A DNA stretch of 64,000 nucleotides from a virus: positions 32,001-96,000 of IMG/VR virus record IMGVR_UViG_3300008108_000039. One strand, given 5' to 3'. Under the pieces are notes generated by a model, which had not been told where the DNA came from, did no database searches, and saw nothing but the letters and a program-made list of their open reading frames with translations. The translations under genes were made by a program, and so were the position numbers. Positions within the stretch are counted from its first letter, which is position 1; each line of letters starts with the position of its first letter. Positions 1 to 10,395 of this stretch are shown piece after piece.

Positions 1-95
1 ACTTCAGGATAAATTGCTCTAGTTGTTTGATAAAAATGTTTGTTGTAGTCTAAATTATTTTTTAAAGCTACTAATAATGATATTTTATTTTCCAT
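1..95 (-). CDS. 5' end of a probable GT2 glycosyltransferase (runs off window)
   Basis: Read manually: ATG at 95, MENKISLLVALKNNLDYNKHFYQTTRAIYPE, resembling a GT-A N-terminal strand/helix; overlaps the upstream gene's stop. Confidence 0.5.
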   Translation of the reverse strand, partial: MENKISLLVALKNNLDYNKHFYQTTRAIYPE

Positions 96-1005
96 GTTGT
101 AATTTTTTTATTTGATCTTGAATAAATCCAAGAACACCAGTATTAAAATTTTCTCGTTGTTCAGATACATCTCTTTTAACTAATAAATTTTTATAGTAAT
201 TAGAAAAACCATTTACAGTATCGGTTCTTAAAGGACCAATACCATATTCAAATACTATTTGTCCATCTAAACGATATTGGGAAAAATCATATCCTAATTT
301 AGTAGCATTAGATGCAACTATCATACTATACCAATCATAAGCACCATATCCTTTCCATTCATCTGGTATTTGACATAATTCTTCATAAAAAGCTTTATTA
401 TATACATCAAACCATCCTGCCCACTTTATTTGGTCAAGTTCTGTTAAACCAACTGTATCAGAAAAAGTATGTAGATAATGATCAACATCAAATATATCTG
501 TTGTTTTTTCCCATCCATAATGAGGACCAACAGCAAATTTAGGATGTGTTAATACTTCCCAAGTATTGTCCCACATTCTACAAATTTGAGGTGTTAATAC
601 AAAGTATTTATTTTTAATTTCTCTAACAGCCAAAGTTAAATAATTTAATAAATACTCACTAAAGTACATATCAGGACAAATACTAATATAATATTCTGTT
701 TCAGGTTCTATAGCATCACGTTGTAAATCTAAATGCCCCCATAATTCATCACCTTCATATATAAACATATCATGCTGATAATCTTTTAATAATATAGATA
801 TTGTTTTATATTTCTCAATAAAATATTCTTTAGGTAGTTTACTTGCTTCCCAGTTAATTAAATGACTAGATAAATTTAAAGCTGATTTAATTTTTATATT
901 AACATCAGGTTGTAAAAAATACTTTGATTTTTTTAGTTGGGTAAATGTTAATAAAGCGTAATCAATTTCCCAAGGCATTATATGATATGTAACTGTTATA
1001 TTCAT
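85..1005 (-). CDS. Putative glycosyltransferase (GT-A-like)
   Basis: 306 aa; CPD in DxD-like position and late GYGAYD motif; inside glycan locus. Confidence 0.5.
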   Translation of the reverse strand: MNITVTYHIMPWEIDYALLTFTQLKKSKYFLQPDVNIKIKSALNLSSHLINWEASKLPKEYFIEKYKTISILLKDYQHDMFIYEGDELWGHLDLQRDAIEPETEYYISICPDMYFSEYLLNYLTLAVREIKNKYFVLTPQICRMWDNTWEVLTHPKFAVGPHYGWEKTTDIFDVDHYLHTFSDTVGLTELDQIKWAGWFDVYNKAFYEELCQIPDEWKGYGAYDWYSMIVASNATKLGYDFSQYRLDGQIVFEYGIGPLRTDTVNGFSNYYKNLLVKRDVSEQRENFNTGVLGFIQDQIKKLQHGK

Positions 1006-1799
1006 TTTAATTTATTATATATTTCTTTGATACCTTGTTCTAATCCAATATAAGATAATGAGTATTTAGAAACATATTCACTCTTATAATCATTACCATT
1101 GTTTCCTAATATAATATCAACTTTATAGTCATCTAATTCATTTATTATATTAGCTATTTCTAATAAAGTATAATTTTTATCATATGAACAATAATCTTCT
1201 ATATGTAATTGATATTTGTTTGTTGTTATATAATGTTTTATTAATGTAATAAAATCCTTCATATAAAAAAAAGTCATTGCTTTATTTTCATAAACCTGTA
1301 AAGATTCTTTATTAATATATCTTTTAATATTAGACTTAATAAATCTAGTATCTAATTCATTCTCATCAAATAACCCAAATATTATTATATTAAAAAAATT
1401 AGGTGTTGATATTACTGAGGTTCTAATTATTGATTTACTAAGGCTATATGGAGTAGAAATAAAGGTAGATGGGGTGTAAGTAAAATGATTAAGTTCAACT
1501 CCTGAACCAAAATTTATAAATTTATCATAATTAGTATGTCTAAATTTATATAAATTAAAGTATATTTTTGTATTAATATCTTTTACTTCCTCACTATCCT
1601 CTTTTAATCGATGACCTCCTACAATGGCACAATGTAATACAACGTCAAAATATTTATTTTTAAAAAATTCTTCCATAGCATTAACATCAATCAAATCAAA
1701 ATCAGCTCTTGTAAGTGCTATTACTTCGTATTTATCTTTTAAAGCATTATACAATGATTTACCTATATAACCATTAGCTCCTGTAATTAATATTTTCAT
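1002..1799 (-). CDS. NAD-dependent epimerase/reductase (extended SDR); candidate YerF-like side-chain ketoreductase
   Basis: TGANGYIG Rossmann motif, YSLSK catalytic YxxxK; directly downstream of ThDP/DmpF/DmpG genes. Confidence 0.85.
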   Translation of the reverse strand: MKILITGANGYIGKSLYNALKDKYEVIALTRADFDLIDVNAMEEFFKNKYFDVVLHCAIVGGHRLKEDSEEVKDINTKIYFNLYKFRHTNYDKFINFGSGVELNHFTYTPSTFISTPYSLSKSIIRTSVISTPNFFNIIIFGLFDENELDTRFIKSNIKRYINKESLQVYENKAMTFFYMKDFITLIKHYITTNKYQLHIEDYCSYDKNYTLLEIANIINELDDYKVDIILGNNGNDYKSEYVSKYSLSYIGLEQGIKEIYNKLK

Positions 1800-2794
1800 T
1801 TTTTAAGTTTTTGAGCTACTTCTAAAATTAAATCTTCTTGACCAGCAACTAATTTTCTATTACCTAATTCAAATATTAGTGATGAATATTCAATACCATA
1901 TAATTTAGACGCTTTAATAATTGGTTTTTCAAAACCCGAAAATAAGCGATTTAAACCAGTTAAAACGTTTACAGGTGTAGATACCGGAGCTTGTGGTACC
2001 AAATATTCCATCACTTTATCCGCTTCTATAATAACTTTTTTGAAATCAATATTAATATCAAAATCCGATTTTTCTAATACTGGAATGAGCATTTCTAAGT
2101 GTGCATTACCAGCTCCGGCTCCAAAACCCCTAATACAAGCATCAATATATTTAGCACCACATTGAGCCGCTATTAATGAATTTGCTGTAGCTAAACCTAA
2201 GTTATCGTGAGCATGAAACCCAAAATCAATATCCAGGATATAACTTAACTCATCCATTCTTTCCTTAACATTAGATGGTAAATAAGTTCCTGTTGAATCC
2301 ATTATAATAACAGCATCAGCACCATATTCCTCCATTGTTTTGGCATTTCTAATTAATGTATCAATATCAGCTAAGGCACTCATCATTAATACACCAAATA
2401 CTTCTTTATCTTTATTTTTTAAATATTCAATGTGAGATTTAGATAAAGTAGCTTCCGTACAATGAGTAGCTACTCTAAATACATCTACTCCAATATTAAT
2501 TGCTTTTTCAATATCTTTCTTTACTGTAGCAATTCCTGGAATGATATGAACTCCTAATTTAGATGTTGTAAGATTTTCTCTAGCAGTCGTTAACATTTCT
2601 TCATCAGTAAGAGGTGATTGTCCTATCAATAATGATGAAGCTCCTAAACCGTTACCATGACCAACTTCAACAATAGGAATACCAGCACTATTAGCAAATT
2701 GACAATATCTCTTAATACTATCTAAAGTAATAGTATGTTTTACAGCATGGTTACCATCTCTTAAAGATGAATCTGTTATTATAATTTCATTCAT
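1796..2794 (-). CDS. dmpG: 4-hydroxy-2-oxovalerate aldolase
   Basis: DSSLRDGNH, EVGHGNGLGASS, ATHCTEA, HAHDNLG, GAGAGN, C-terminal VAGQEDLI communication domain. Confidence 0.93.
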   Translation of the reverse strand: MNEIIITDSSLRDGNHAVKHTITLDSIKRYCQFANSAGIPIVEVGHGNGLGASSLLIGQSPLTDEEMLTTARENLTTSKLGVHIIPGIATVKKDIEKAINIGVDVFRVATHCTEATLSKSHIEYLKNKDKEVFGVLMMSALADIDTLIRNAKTMEEYGADAVIIMDSTGTYLPSNVKERMDELSYILDIDFGFHAHDNLGLATANSLIAAQCGAKYIDACIRGFGAGAGNAHLEMLIPVLEKSDFDINIDFKKVIIEADKVMEYLVPQAPVSTPVNVLTGLNRLFSGFEKPIIKASKLYGIEYSSLIFELGNRKLVAGQEDLILEVAQKLKK

Positions 2795-3642
2795 TATATT
2801 AATTTTTTAGTCACTTCAATAGCAGCACAATTAATAATATCTAAATTACCTGCATATTCAGGTAAATAATCACCTGATCCTTTTACTTTAATACTAAGTA
2901 CTAATATATCATCATTTAATGTTGGTGGCATTACTAATTCATAGTAAGGAATATATGTTTGTAATTCTTTTATTTTATCGTATATTTTAGGAACTAAATT
3001 AGTAAAATCAACATCTTTAACCTTTAAGAACATTGTTGTTTGCATATCAACACAAGGTTCAGCTGGGTTAAGGTTTAAGATTACTTTGCAATTAGGACAT
3101 TTTGTAAATTGATGAATAGCTCTCTCAGTAGTATGAATATAATTATCAATATTAATTCTAGTAGCCATACCTGCACTTTTAGATGCTATTTGAGATACTA
3201 CTTCAATATACTCTAATCCCTCACAATATTGAGATATTAAATTAAGCATAGGCATTGATGCTTGACCACCACAAGTAATCATATTTACATTTCCTTCATT
3301 TTTAGCTATATCAGCATTAATACTAGGAACACATAAAGGACCTATTTTAGCTGGTGTTAAATCTATTACTATTATTCCTTGTTCTTTAAAAATAACAGCA
3401 TGCTGTTTAGCATCAGCAGCACTTGTGCAATCATAAACTACATCACAACATTTAGGATTATCAATAAAATATTTGATACCCTTATCAGTAACAGGTATTC
3501 CTTTATCTTTAGCAATTCTAATTCCATCAGAATCCATTCTGCGTCCTGCAAATATAACAGGAGTAATAAAGTCTGTCTTTAATATTTTAAGTAATAAATC
3601 AGTTCCTATATTACCAGTACCTATAATTCCTGCTTTAATCAT
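2794..3642 (-). CDS. dmpF: Acetaldehyde dehydrogenase (acylating)
   Basis: GTGNIGTDL, DLTPA, NVNMITCGGQA, SAGxATRxNID, GDYLPEYAGNLDI. Confidence 0.93.
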   Translation of the reverse strand: MIKAGIIGTGNIGTDLLLKILKTDFITPVIFAGRRMDSDGIRIAKDKGIPVTDKGIKYFIDNPKCCDVVYDCTSAADAKQHAVIFKEQGIIVIDLTPAKIGPLCVPSINADIAKNEGNVNMITCGGQASMPMLNLISQYCEGLEYIEVVSQIASKSAGMATRINIDNYIHTTERAIHQFTKCPNCKVILNLNPAEPCVDMQTTMFLKVKDVDFTNLVPKIYDKIKELQTYIPYYELVMPPTLNDDILVLSIKVKGSGDYLPEYAGNLDIINCAAIEVTKKLI

Positions 3643-5432
3643 CTTTTTATTTGTTTAGATTTTTCACTAACTCCAATAATCATTTCTTTTTTTACTATTT
3701 CAAATGGAAGTAATGGAGACATTTCTTCAATAGGAGGAGCAAATATACTACCATCTTCTTTAAGAACTCCTTTTACTTTAGGAATAAAATCCTGTTCTGG
3801 ATCCATAAACACTTCTAATACTGTAGCTTTATTATTATTTATGAATGCATTTACTACAGTATCAAAATCGTCCCATTTCTTTAATCCATAGTAATTATAT
3901 CCAAAGGCAGGCATTAATTTGCTAAAATCAGGTAACCCTACACCTGTTTTTTTATCTACATTTACATAATTTCCTTTAAATAGCATCTTTTGAGTATGCT
4001 TAATCATTAAGTATCCATCATTATTGAATATTACTATTTTTACAGGTAAATTATTCTCTACAATAGTATGTGCTTCTTGTAAATTCATCATCATCCCACC
4101 ATCACAATTTAAACATAGTACAGGTCTATCAGGACATGCTAATGCTGCTCCTAAAGCTCCAGGTAGGCCATATCCCATTTCTCCCAAACCTAATGATGTA
4201 AACATTGTTTGATTAGGTTTTAACTTAATTGCTTGATGGCCACTTAATAAAGCAGTACCCATATCAGTTACTATGATATGGTTGTCTTTTAAATGATCAG
4301 ATAATCTATCTATAAATTTATATGAATTAAGATAACCATTATCATTATGAATATTTTCATCTACCCAAGGATATTTTTGTTTTATTTCGTTACAATAGTT
4401 AACCCATTCTTCTTTGTAGCCCCAAATTCTGTAAGAATTATCTATAAGCTTATTTATAACGTATTTACAATCAGTTTGTATATAATTTACATTATATTTA
4501 TTTCCTTCATTTTTATCAATATCAATAACTATAATCTTAGCGTTTCTAGCAAATTGACTAAAGTCATATCCTACCTGAGGTAAAGCTAATCTACTACCTA
4601 ACACAATTATTAAATCAGCATTTTGTACTATAAAATTAGCTGCTCGTTGTCCATATAATCCAAAACGACCAAAAAAATTAGGATTATCATTATCTAATAA
4701 ATCAATACCTGACCAGGTTAATAGTGTGGGTATTCTTAATATTGAATTAAGTTGTTTAAATTTATCTTTTGCTCCAGATAATTTAACACCGTGCCCTCCA
4801 ATTACAACAGGACGTTTAGAAAAATTAATAGATTCAATAATTTCATCAACACTAAGTTGACTACCCGAAACATTTAAAAAAAGCGGATAATCAGGCCATA
4901 CTTTCTCTTCAACCATTTTAGCTTGTAAATTCATTGGTACATCTAACCAACAAGGACCTGGTCTTCCCATAGTTGAAGAGTCATATAATATTTCTAAAAT
5001 TGCTTGAATATCATATTCATCATTAAAAGCTATAGCACATTTAGTAACATCTTCTACCATTTTAGTTATGTTTAGACCCTGTGTGCCATACATTCTAAGA
5101 TGTTCTTGAGTACTTACATAATTATAATTTTCTTGTCCTGAAATAATTAACCCAGGAATTGAATCAGCCCAATTACTAACAACACCAGTCACAGCATTGG
5201 TTGCTCCTCCTCCTGCTGTTACTAATGCTACAGATAATTTACCTGATGCTCTGTAATAAGCTCCCATTGCTAATACAGCAGCCTGTTCATTATGAACATT
5301 AATAATTTTAGTATAACCTAATTTATTAATTGAATCAAATATATGTGAGTTAGCAGATCCTATAATACCAAATGCAGTATTAATTTCTTTTCTTTTTAAA
5401 AACTCTGCTATTACATCACTTACTTTTACCAT
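3639..5432 (-). CDS. ThDP-dependent carboligase (acetolactate synthase/YerE-like)
   Basis: HNEQAA catalytic Glu, GRPGPCWLDVP, GEMGYGLPGALGA, ThDP motif CDGG...NNDGY. Confidence 0.9.
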   Translation of the reverse strand: MVKVSDVIAEFLKRKEINTAFGIIGSANSHIFDSINKLGYTKIINVHNEQAAVLAMGAYYRASGKLSVALVTAGGGATNAVTGVVSNWADSIPGLIISGQENYNYVSTQEHLRMYGTQGLNITKMVEDVTKCAIAFNDEYDIQAILEILYDSSTMGRPGPCWLDVPMNLQAKMVEEKVWPDYPLFLNVSGSQLSVDEIIESINFSKRPVVIGGHGVKLSGAKDKFKQLNSILRIPTLLTWSGIDLLDNDNPNFFGRFGLYGQRAANFIVQNADLIIVLGSRLALPQVGYDFSQFARNAKIIVIDIDKNEGNKYNVNYIQTDCKYVINKLIDNSYRIWGYKEEWVNYCNEIKQKYPWVDENIHNDNGYLNSYKFIDRLSDHLKDNHIIVTDMGTALLSGHQAIKLKPNQTMFTSLGLGEMGYGLPGALGAALACPDRPVLCLNCDGGMMMNLQEAHTIVENNLPVKIVIFNNDGYLMIKHTQKMLFKGNYVNVDKKTGVGLPDFSKLMPAFGYNYYGLKKWDDFDTVVNAFINNNKATVLEVFMDPEQDFIPKVKGVLKEDGSIFAPPIEEMSPLLPFEIVKKEMIIGVSEKSKQIKR

Positions 5433-6409
5433 ATAAAGTTTTTCTTATAATATTCTACTATTTTAGGGAGTTCTTCATTAAATATTCTTTTAGGTTTCCA
5501 ACCAAACGCTCTTAATTTAGAATCATCTAAAGAATATCTAACATCTTGTCCTGCTCTAGAATAAGTTAAATCTAAATACGAGTTAAACATTGGTAATTTA
5601 GGTTTACCTCCTTCATATTCAAAAATTACTTTCGCTACCGTATCATAGTTTGATTGTTCAAACCCACCAGCTATATTAAATATTTCATTTGATAATCCAA
5701 ATTCAATAATAGTAGTTATAGCATCTGCTGTATCAGCAGCGTGTAACCAATTACGAACTGGGGTTCCATTATTATGTAAAGGTATTTTTCTTCCTAATTT
5801 TAAATGCTGTACTGCTTTAGGGATTAGTTTTTCAACATATTGACCTATACCATAATTGTTAGTTGGTCTAACTATAATATAAGGTATATCATATGTTCTA
5901 GCCCACGATAATATTAATAAATCAGCTGCAGCTTTAGTTGCTGCATATGGATTTGATGGTTTTAAAATATCTTTTTCTGTATGTGAACCTTCACTTATAT
6001 CACCATATACTTCATCAGTACTAAATTGAATTAATGTTGGTGTTCTAGAACTTTCTTGTCTATAATTTCTAATTAATTCAAGTAAGTGATGTACTCCATC
6101 TATATTTGAATGAATAAAAGTTTCGCTATTAGTTATTGAATTTCCAACATGAGTTTCAGCTGCCGTATTAATGATGTAATCACAATCATGTAAAAATTCT
6201 ATATCATTAATATCTTTTTGTTCAAATCTAAAATTTGAATGTCTACTAAATTCATTTAGTAAAGAAGGAAATACAGCGTTATAATCCATAGAAGCGTATG
6301 TTATTTTATCTATTCCTCTAACATACCATCCTTTTTTAAGACAAGCTCTGGTAACATAAGAACCTATAAATCCTAAACATCCAGTTACGTATACTACTTT
6401 TGTACTCAT
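5426..6409 (-). CDS. rfbB: NDP(dTDP)-glucose 4,6-dehydratase
   Basis: GCLGFIG, DKITYA, AAETHV, STDEVYG, PSNPYAATKA, EKLIP, RNWLH, RAGQDVRY. Confidence 0.88.
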   Translation of the reverse strand: MSTKVVYVTGCLGFIGSYVTRACLKKGWYVRGIDKITYASMDYNAVFPSLLNEFSRHSNFRFEQKDINDIEFLHDCDYIINTAAETHVGNSITNSETFIHSNIDGVHHLLELIRNYRQESSRTPTLIQFSTDEVYGDISEGSHTEKDILKPSNPYAATKAAADLLILSWARTYDIPYIIVRPTNNYGIGQYVEKLIPKAVQHLKLGRKIPLHNNGTPVRNWLHAADTADAITTIIEFGLSNEIFNIAGGFEQSNYDTVAKVIFEYEGGKPKLPMFNSYLDLTYSRAGQDVRYSLDDSKLRAFGWKPKRIFNEELPKIVEYYKKNFIW

Positions 6410-7239
6410 TTAAAATAATTTTGACAGTGTTTTATAAATTTAAAAACATTTTTGTGCATCTCCAACTTTATTTTTTCAATTTCATCAAACATCATAGGTA
6501 AAGTTTCTAACGCTCTAGGAATATCTTCTTCACCATACGCAATACCATATTTATATAATTGTGAACCATTTAGCCATTCGTCTTTTGTTTTATTTCCATC
6601 TGGTATTACTATGCTAATACAACCGCACATAGCCGCTTGAGTAAATATAAATGTATAATTGTCATAGCAATAAAATCTTTCAGTTCTATTAAATAAATTA
6701 GCTAATCCTGTTAAATCTCCTGCTGCTTCAAATGGAATAAAAAATGAATCTGTTGGATGAATTAATGTTGTTGGTTTAGCTTTTCGGATTGTGTAACAAC
6801 TACCTTTACGTTCATAATTCATATTTGTAAATATATCACTATGAAATTCTAAAATAAATAGTTGGTTATCTTTTTGTCCTAAATAATCATTATAATAATA
6901 ATCCATATACCAATACACTAAATCTGACTTAGAATAGGTTTCAGCTGCTTGTTGATCAAACGGACCTAATATCCATCTAACCACATTTTTAGCATTTAAA
7001 GGATTACCTTGTATTCCTTCAGGATATATTACTACAGTATTATCTAAATCATTAAGTATCTCCTGAGTAATTAAGGGTGTGTTATAATCAGAGCAAGTAT
7101 AAAAATCATCTTTAATATGAATAGGCATTAAATAAGCCTCAGAACCATTAGAATTAAGCATATCACATAACTTATGCATTACTTTAATCCCACCTACCCC
7201 AGGACTATAATCATATGTGTATATAACAAATTTTTTCAT
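6406..7239 (-). CDS. WavQ-like glycan biosynthesis protein / putative glycosyltransferase
   Basis: GGIKVMHKLC, IYPE..GNPLNAKNVVRWIL, YCYD...AAMCGC resemble the WavQ-type family; glycan context. Confidence 0.55.
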   Translation of the reverse strand: MKKFVIYTYDYSPGVGGIKVMHKLCDMLNSNGSEAYLMPIHIKDDFYTCSDYNTPLITQEILNDLDNTVVIYPEGIQGNPLNAKNVVRWILGPFDQQAAETYSKSDLVYWYMDYYYNDYLGQKDNQLFILEFHSDIFTNMNYERKGSCYTIRKAKPTTLIHPTDSFFIPFEAAGDLTGLANLFNRTERFYCYDNYTFIFTQAAMCGCISIVIPDGNKTKDEWLNGSQLYKYGIAYGEEDIPRALETLPMMFDEIEKIKLEMHKNVFKFIKHCQNYFK

Positions 7240-7973
7240 TGCGGGTAGGATAAATTTTCATTTTGAAACCAATATACGTTTTTAGAATACTGTTCTTCTC
7301 CCATACAATGGTTAGCATCAGGAGTGTAAGGTAATTCTATTATTCTTGGTTTATCCATAGCATGAGCTATCACTGCTGGAGCTGATAAATTAGCTATCAC
7401 TAAACTTGCTGAATTGATAGCTGTAAACCATTCATCCAATGTTATTACTTTATAAAATTTAATTCTATTGTTATAAGGAAATTCATTATAATCATTTATA
7501 TTAGATGATATAAATAATATATTTTCATCTCCATATTCATCTAAAACACGATCATAAGGAAATGAAGGATTTCTCATTACATTTGCTTTGCGTTGGATTA
7601 ATACTTTTCCTTCTAAATCCGGATTTATTTTACCCCAATTAATCCATTTATATTCTTCATTGATAGGAAAATCAAAAGTTTTACTATATAATTCAGACCA
7701 ACAAGTTTTATATAACCAAGGTGAATTAATATATTGACCTAAATCAATACTTCCTTCTTTTGGACCATCTGATATTAACAATTCATTAATATAACTTTGC
7801 TGCTCTAATATAGGTTTTAATTCAGCATGAGTATTTTGAATACCAAATTCCCAACCAATATCATACATATAAACATTGGCTTTAGTTCCATTATGTTGAC
7901 ATATATGTTTTACAGCAAATAAAGAATGAAGAAAATCTCCTAATCTCCCTCCCATTGAAAAACTACTTACCAT
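7236..7973 (-). CDS. GT-B (GT9-like) glycosyltransferase
   Basis: N-terminal GRLGD; C-terminal IANLSAP..IAHAMDKP heptosyltransferase-like motif. Confidence 0.55.
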   Translation of the reverse strand: MVSSFSMGGRLGDFLHSLFAVKHICQHNGTKANVYMYDIGWEFGIQNTHAELKPILEQQSYINELLISDGPKEGSIDLGQYINSPWLYKTCWSELYSKTFDFPINEEYKWINWGKINPDLEGKVLIQRKANVMRNPSFPYDRVLDEYGDENILFISSNINDYNEFPYNNRIKFYKVITLDEWFTAINSASLVIANLSAPAVIAHAMDKPRIIELPYTPDANHCMGEEQYSKNVYWFQNENLSYPQ

Positions 7974-8214
7974 ACATTTTGGTTGAACCCTGTTTATATA
8001 ATTTTTGTAATTTACCTGTTTCTATCATTTCGTTTAATTTCTCATCTATTTCCTGAATTAAATCAGTGCGATAAGAATTAGCTACATTAGTAATACGTGT
8101 TGCATTTGCAATTTGTGTGTCTGTAGCATCTTTATTTCTTTTAATATCCTCAGCCATCCAAATGCGAATGTTAGTAATGGTGAGTTTATCAATCAAATTT
8201 CCAATTGTATCCAT
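7963..8214 (-). CDS. Small helical protein (DUF4254-like), glycan-locus associated
   Basis: TIGNLIDKLTITNIRIW..ED..R...N..R..LIQEID. Confidence 0.55.
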   Translation of the reverse strand: MDTIGNLIDKLTITNIRIWMAEDIKRNKDATDTQIANATRITNVANSYRTDLIQEIDEKLNEMIETGKLQKLYKQGSTKMYGK

Positions 8215-8215
8215 A

Positions 8216-9427
8216 TTAACCTATTATTTCAAATTTAGGACAAGGTACTATAAATTTACCTCCCCCATTTAAATATTTTTTTTCTCTTTGAACAAATTCA
8301 TTTATAAAATGCCAAGGTAATACCAACATGTAATCTGGTTTCATTTCTCTAACTGCTTCTTCTGATAATATTGGAATATTAGTTCCAATTGTTTTTAACC
8401 CATATTTGTAAGGAGAACGTTCTGCAATAGCATCAATTAAAGTGTGATCTAAACCAAACCATTGTAATAATGTATTTCCCTTAGTTGAAGCTCCATAACC
8501 ACAAATCTTTTTACCTTTTGCTTTTTCTTCTTTAATAAAATTTACAGTTTGTTCTTTTAACGCTTCAATATTCTTCATAAATTGTTCCCATACCTCAGGA
8601 TTACTAATGTTATAATGAGAATTTTCATATTCAAGTAATGATTGTATTCTAAAATTACAAACATCCCTCAAAGGACCTGTACCAAATGAATTTATATTAG
8701 CTTTATTTTTTTGAACATATACTCTAAAACTACCCCCATTAACATCATTTAAGCTACAATCTACAATTTTTAAATCATGTTTAGCAAATAGTTTTTTAAG
8801 TGAATTTAATGAATAATAATAAGCATGTTCATGACAAATATTATCAAATGCTAACTGTTGCAACATTAATGGGGTATAAGATAATTGTAATACCCAAACA
8901 CCATTATCATCTAATACCTTATTAATATCTTCAACAAATGAGTGGGGATTTATCAAATCGTAAAACATAGCAATTGTAGTAATTACTTTTGCTTTTTTAG
9001 TAGATGCAAAAAGATATGCTCTATGACTAAAATAATCTTGAACAATCATATTAGCCACCTTAGATGATTCAGCTACAAAAGTATCATCAGCTGGGTCTAT
9101 TCCTATTTTATAATATGTATTAGGTACTTGTTTAAGTAAAGTACCATCATTACAAGCAATATCTAACCAAATATCTCCTGTTTGATGTTTTACTCTTGAT
9201 ATAATTTCCCCAACAACATTACTTAATTCTCTAATCATAGTAGTATTAATACCACTTCTATACCAATACTTTCCCCACATAGTATTAGATGGAGCTACTT
9301 CAATTAAACGAGCAGCACCTATACTTTCATCTATTTCTAGATCTAGTCTATATTTTTCTTTACCAATATAATCTTTATCTGATTTTATAAAGTCAGATAC
9401 ATAATGTTTACCTAAGTTTACTATCAT
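8216..9427 (-). CDS. NDP-hexose C-methyltransferase (SAM-dependent)
   Basis: LDIACNDGTLL, FDNICHEH, NGGSFR, GYGASTKGNTLL, PDYMLVLPWHF. Confidence 0.88.
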   Translation of the reverse strand: MIVNLGKHYVSDFIKSDKDYIGKEKYRLDLEIDESIGAARLIEVAPSNTMWGKYWYRSGINTTMIRELSNVVGEIISRVKHQTGDIWLDIACNDGTLLKQVPNTYYKIGIDPADDTFVAESSKVANMIVQDYFSHRAYLFASTKKAKVITTIAMFYDLINPHSFVEDINKVLDDNGVWVLQLSYTPLMLQQLAFDNICHEHAYYYSLNSLKKLFAKHDLKIVDCSLNDVNGGSFRVYVQKNKANINSFGTGPLRDVCNFRIQSLLEYENSHYNISNPEVWEQFMKNIEALKEQTVNFIKEEKAKGKKICGYGASTKGNTLLQWFGLDHTLIDAIAERSPYKYGLKTIGTNIPILSEEAVREMKPDYMLVLPWHFINEFVQREKKYLNGGGKFIVPCPKFEIIG

Positions 9428-10395
9428 TGTTGTAATAATTTTATATCGTTTTTAACCATTTTTGAAATCATTTCACTAAATGATGTTTTAGGTTCCCATC
9501 CTAATTTTTGTTTTGCTTTAGAAGCATCTCCTTTTAAAACATCTACTTCTGCAGGTCTAAAAAATTTTTCATCTTTAATTACATACTTAGACCAATCATC
9601 AATTCCTATAGTTTTAAATGATTCATTTAATAAATCTCTAATACTATGAGTTACACCTGTCGCTAAAACATAATCATCAGGTTCATCTTGTTGTAACATT
9701 AGCCACATTCCTTCTACATAATCAGGAGCATATCCCCAATCTCTAATAGCTTCTAAATTACCTAATGCTAGGTTTTCAGACATACCTAAATAAATTTTAG
9801 CTACACCGTAAGTTACTTTTCTTGTAACAAATTGCTTACCACGTCTTTCAGATTCATGATTAAATAAAATACCACTACAGTTATACATTCCGTAAGACTC
9901 TCTATAATTTTTACAAATCCAATGACCATATAATTTAGCTACACCATATGGAGAACGAGGATAAAATGGAGTAGTTTCTTTAGCTGGATTTTCAACCATT
10001 TTTCCAAACATTTCAGATGATGATGCTTGATAAAATCTAATGTTTGATTTTTTATATTCTCGAATAGCTTCAAGCATCCTTAAAACACCTACACCAGTTG
10101 TATTAGCTATTACTTCAGGAGTACCCCAACTATCTTCCACAAGTGATTGTGAAGCTAAATTATATATTTCGTCAGGATCTGATTCTTTAATACATCTAAC
10201 TAATGAATTTTGATCAGCTAAATCCCCCTTAAGAATATTTACTTTACCTATTAAATGAGCAGTATTCGTTCTATCTTCATTTGCTTTACGTCTTTCCATT
10301 CCAAATACTTCATACCCTTTAGATAACAAAAAATCACATAGATGACTACCATCCATCCCATTGAAACCAGTTACTAATGCCCTTTTTTTACTCAT
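9424..10395 (-). CDS. gmd: GDP-mannose 4,6-dehydratase
   Basis: GMDGSHL, YQASSSEMFG, PFYPRSPYGVAKLY, LFNHESERRG..FVTRK, RDWGYAPDY, FRPAEVD. Confidence 0.95.
   Translation of the reverse strand: MSKKRALVTGFNGMDGSHLCDFLLSKGYEVFGMERRKANEDRTNTAHLIGKVNILKGDLADQNSLVRCIKESDPDEIYNLASQSLVEDSWGTPEVIANTTGVGVLRMLEAIREYKKSNIRFYQASSSEMFGKMVENPAKETTPFYPRSPYGVAKLYGHWICKNYRESYGMYNCSGILFNHESERRGKQFVTRKVTYGVAKIYLGMSENLALGNLEAIRDWGYAPDYVEGMWLMLQQDEPDDYVLATGVTHSIRDLLNESFKTIGIDDWSKYVIKDEKFFRPAEVDVLKGDASKAKQKLGWEPKTSFSEMISKMVKNDIKLLQQ

Noticed and set aside
1796-3642. dmpFG as aromatic-degradation auxiliary metabolic genes
   Set aside because: No dioxygenase, hydrolase or hydratase genes; the pair is coupled to a ThDP enzyme within a sugar-nucleotide locus
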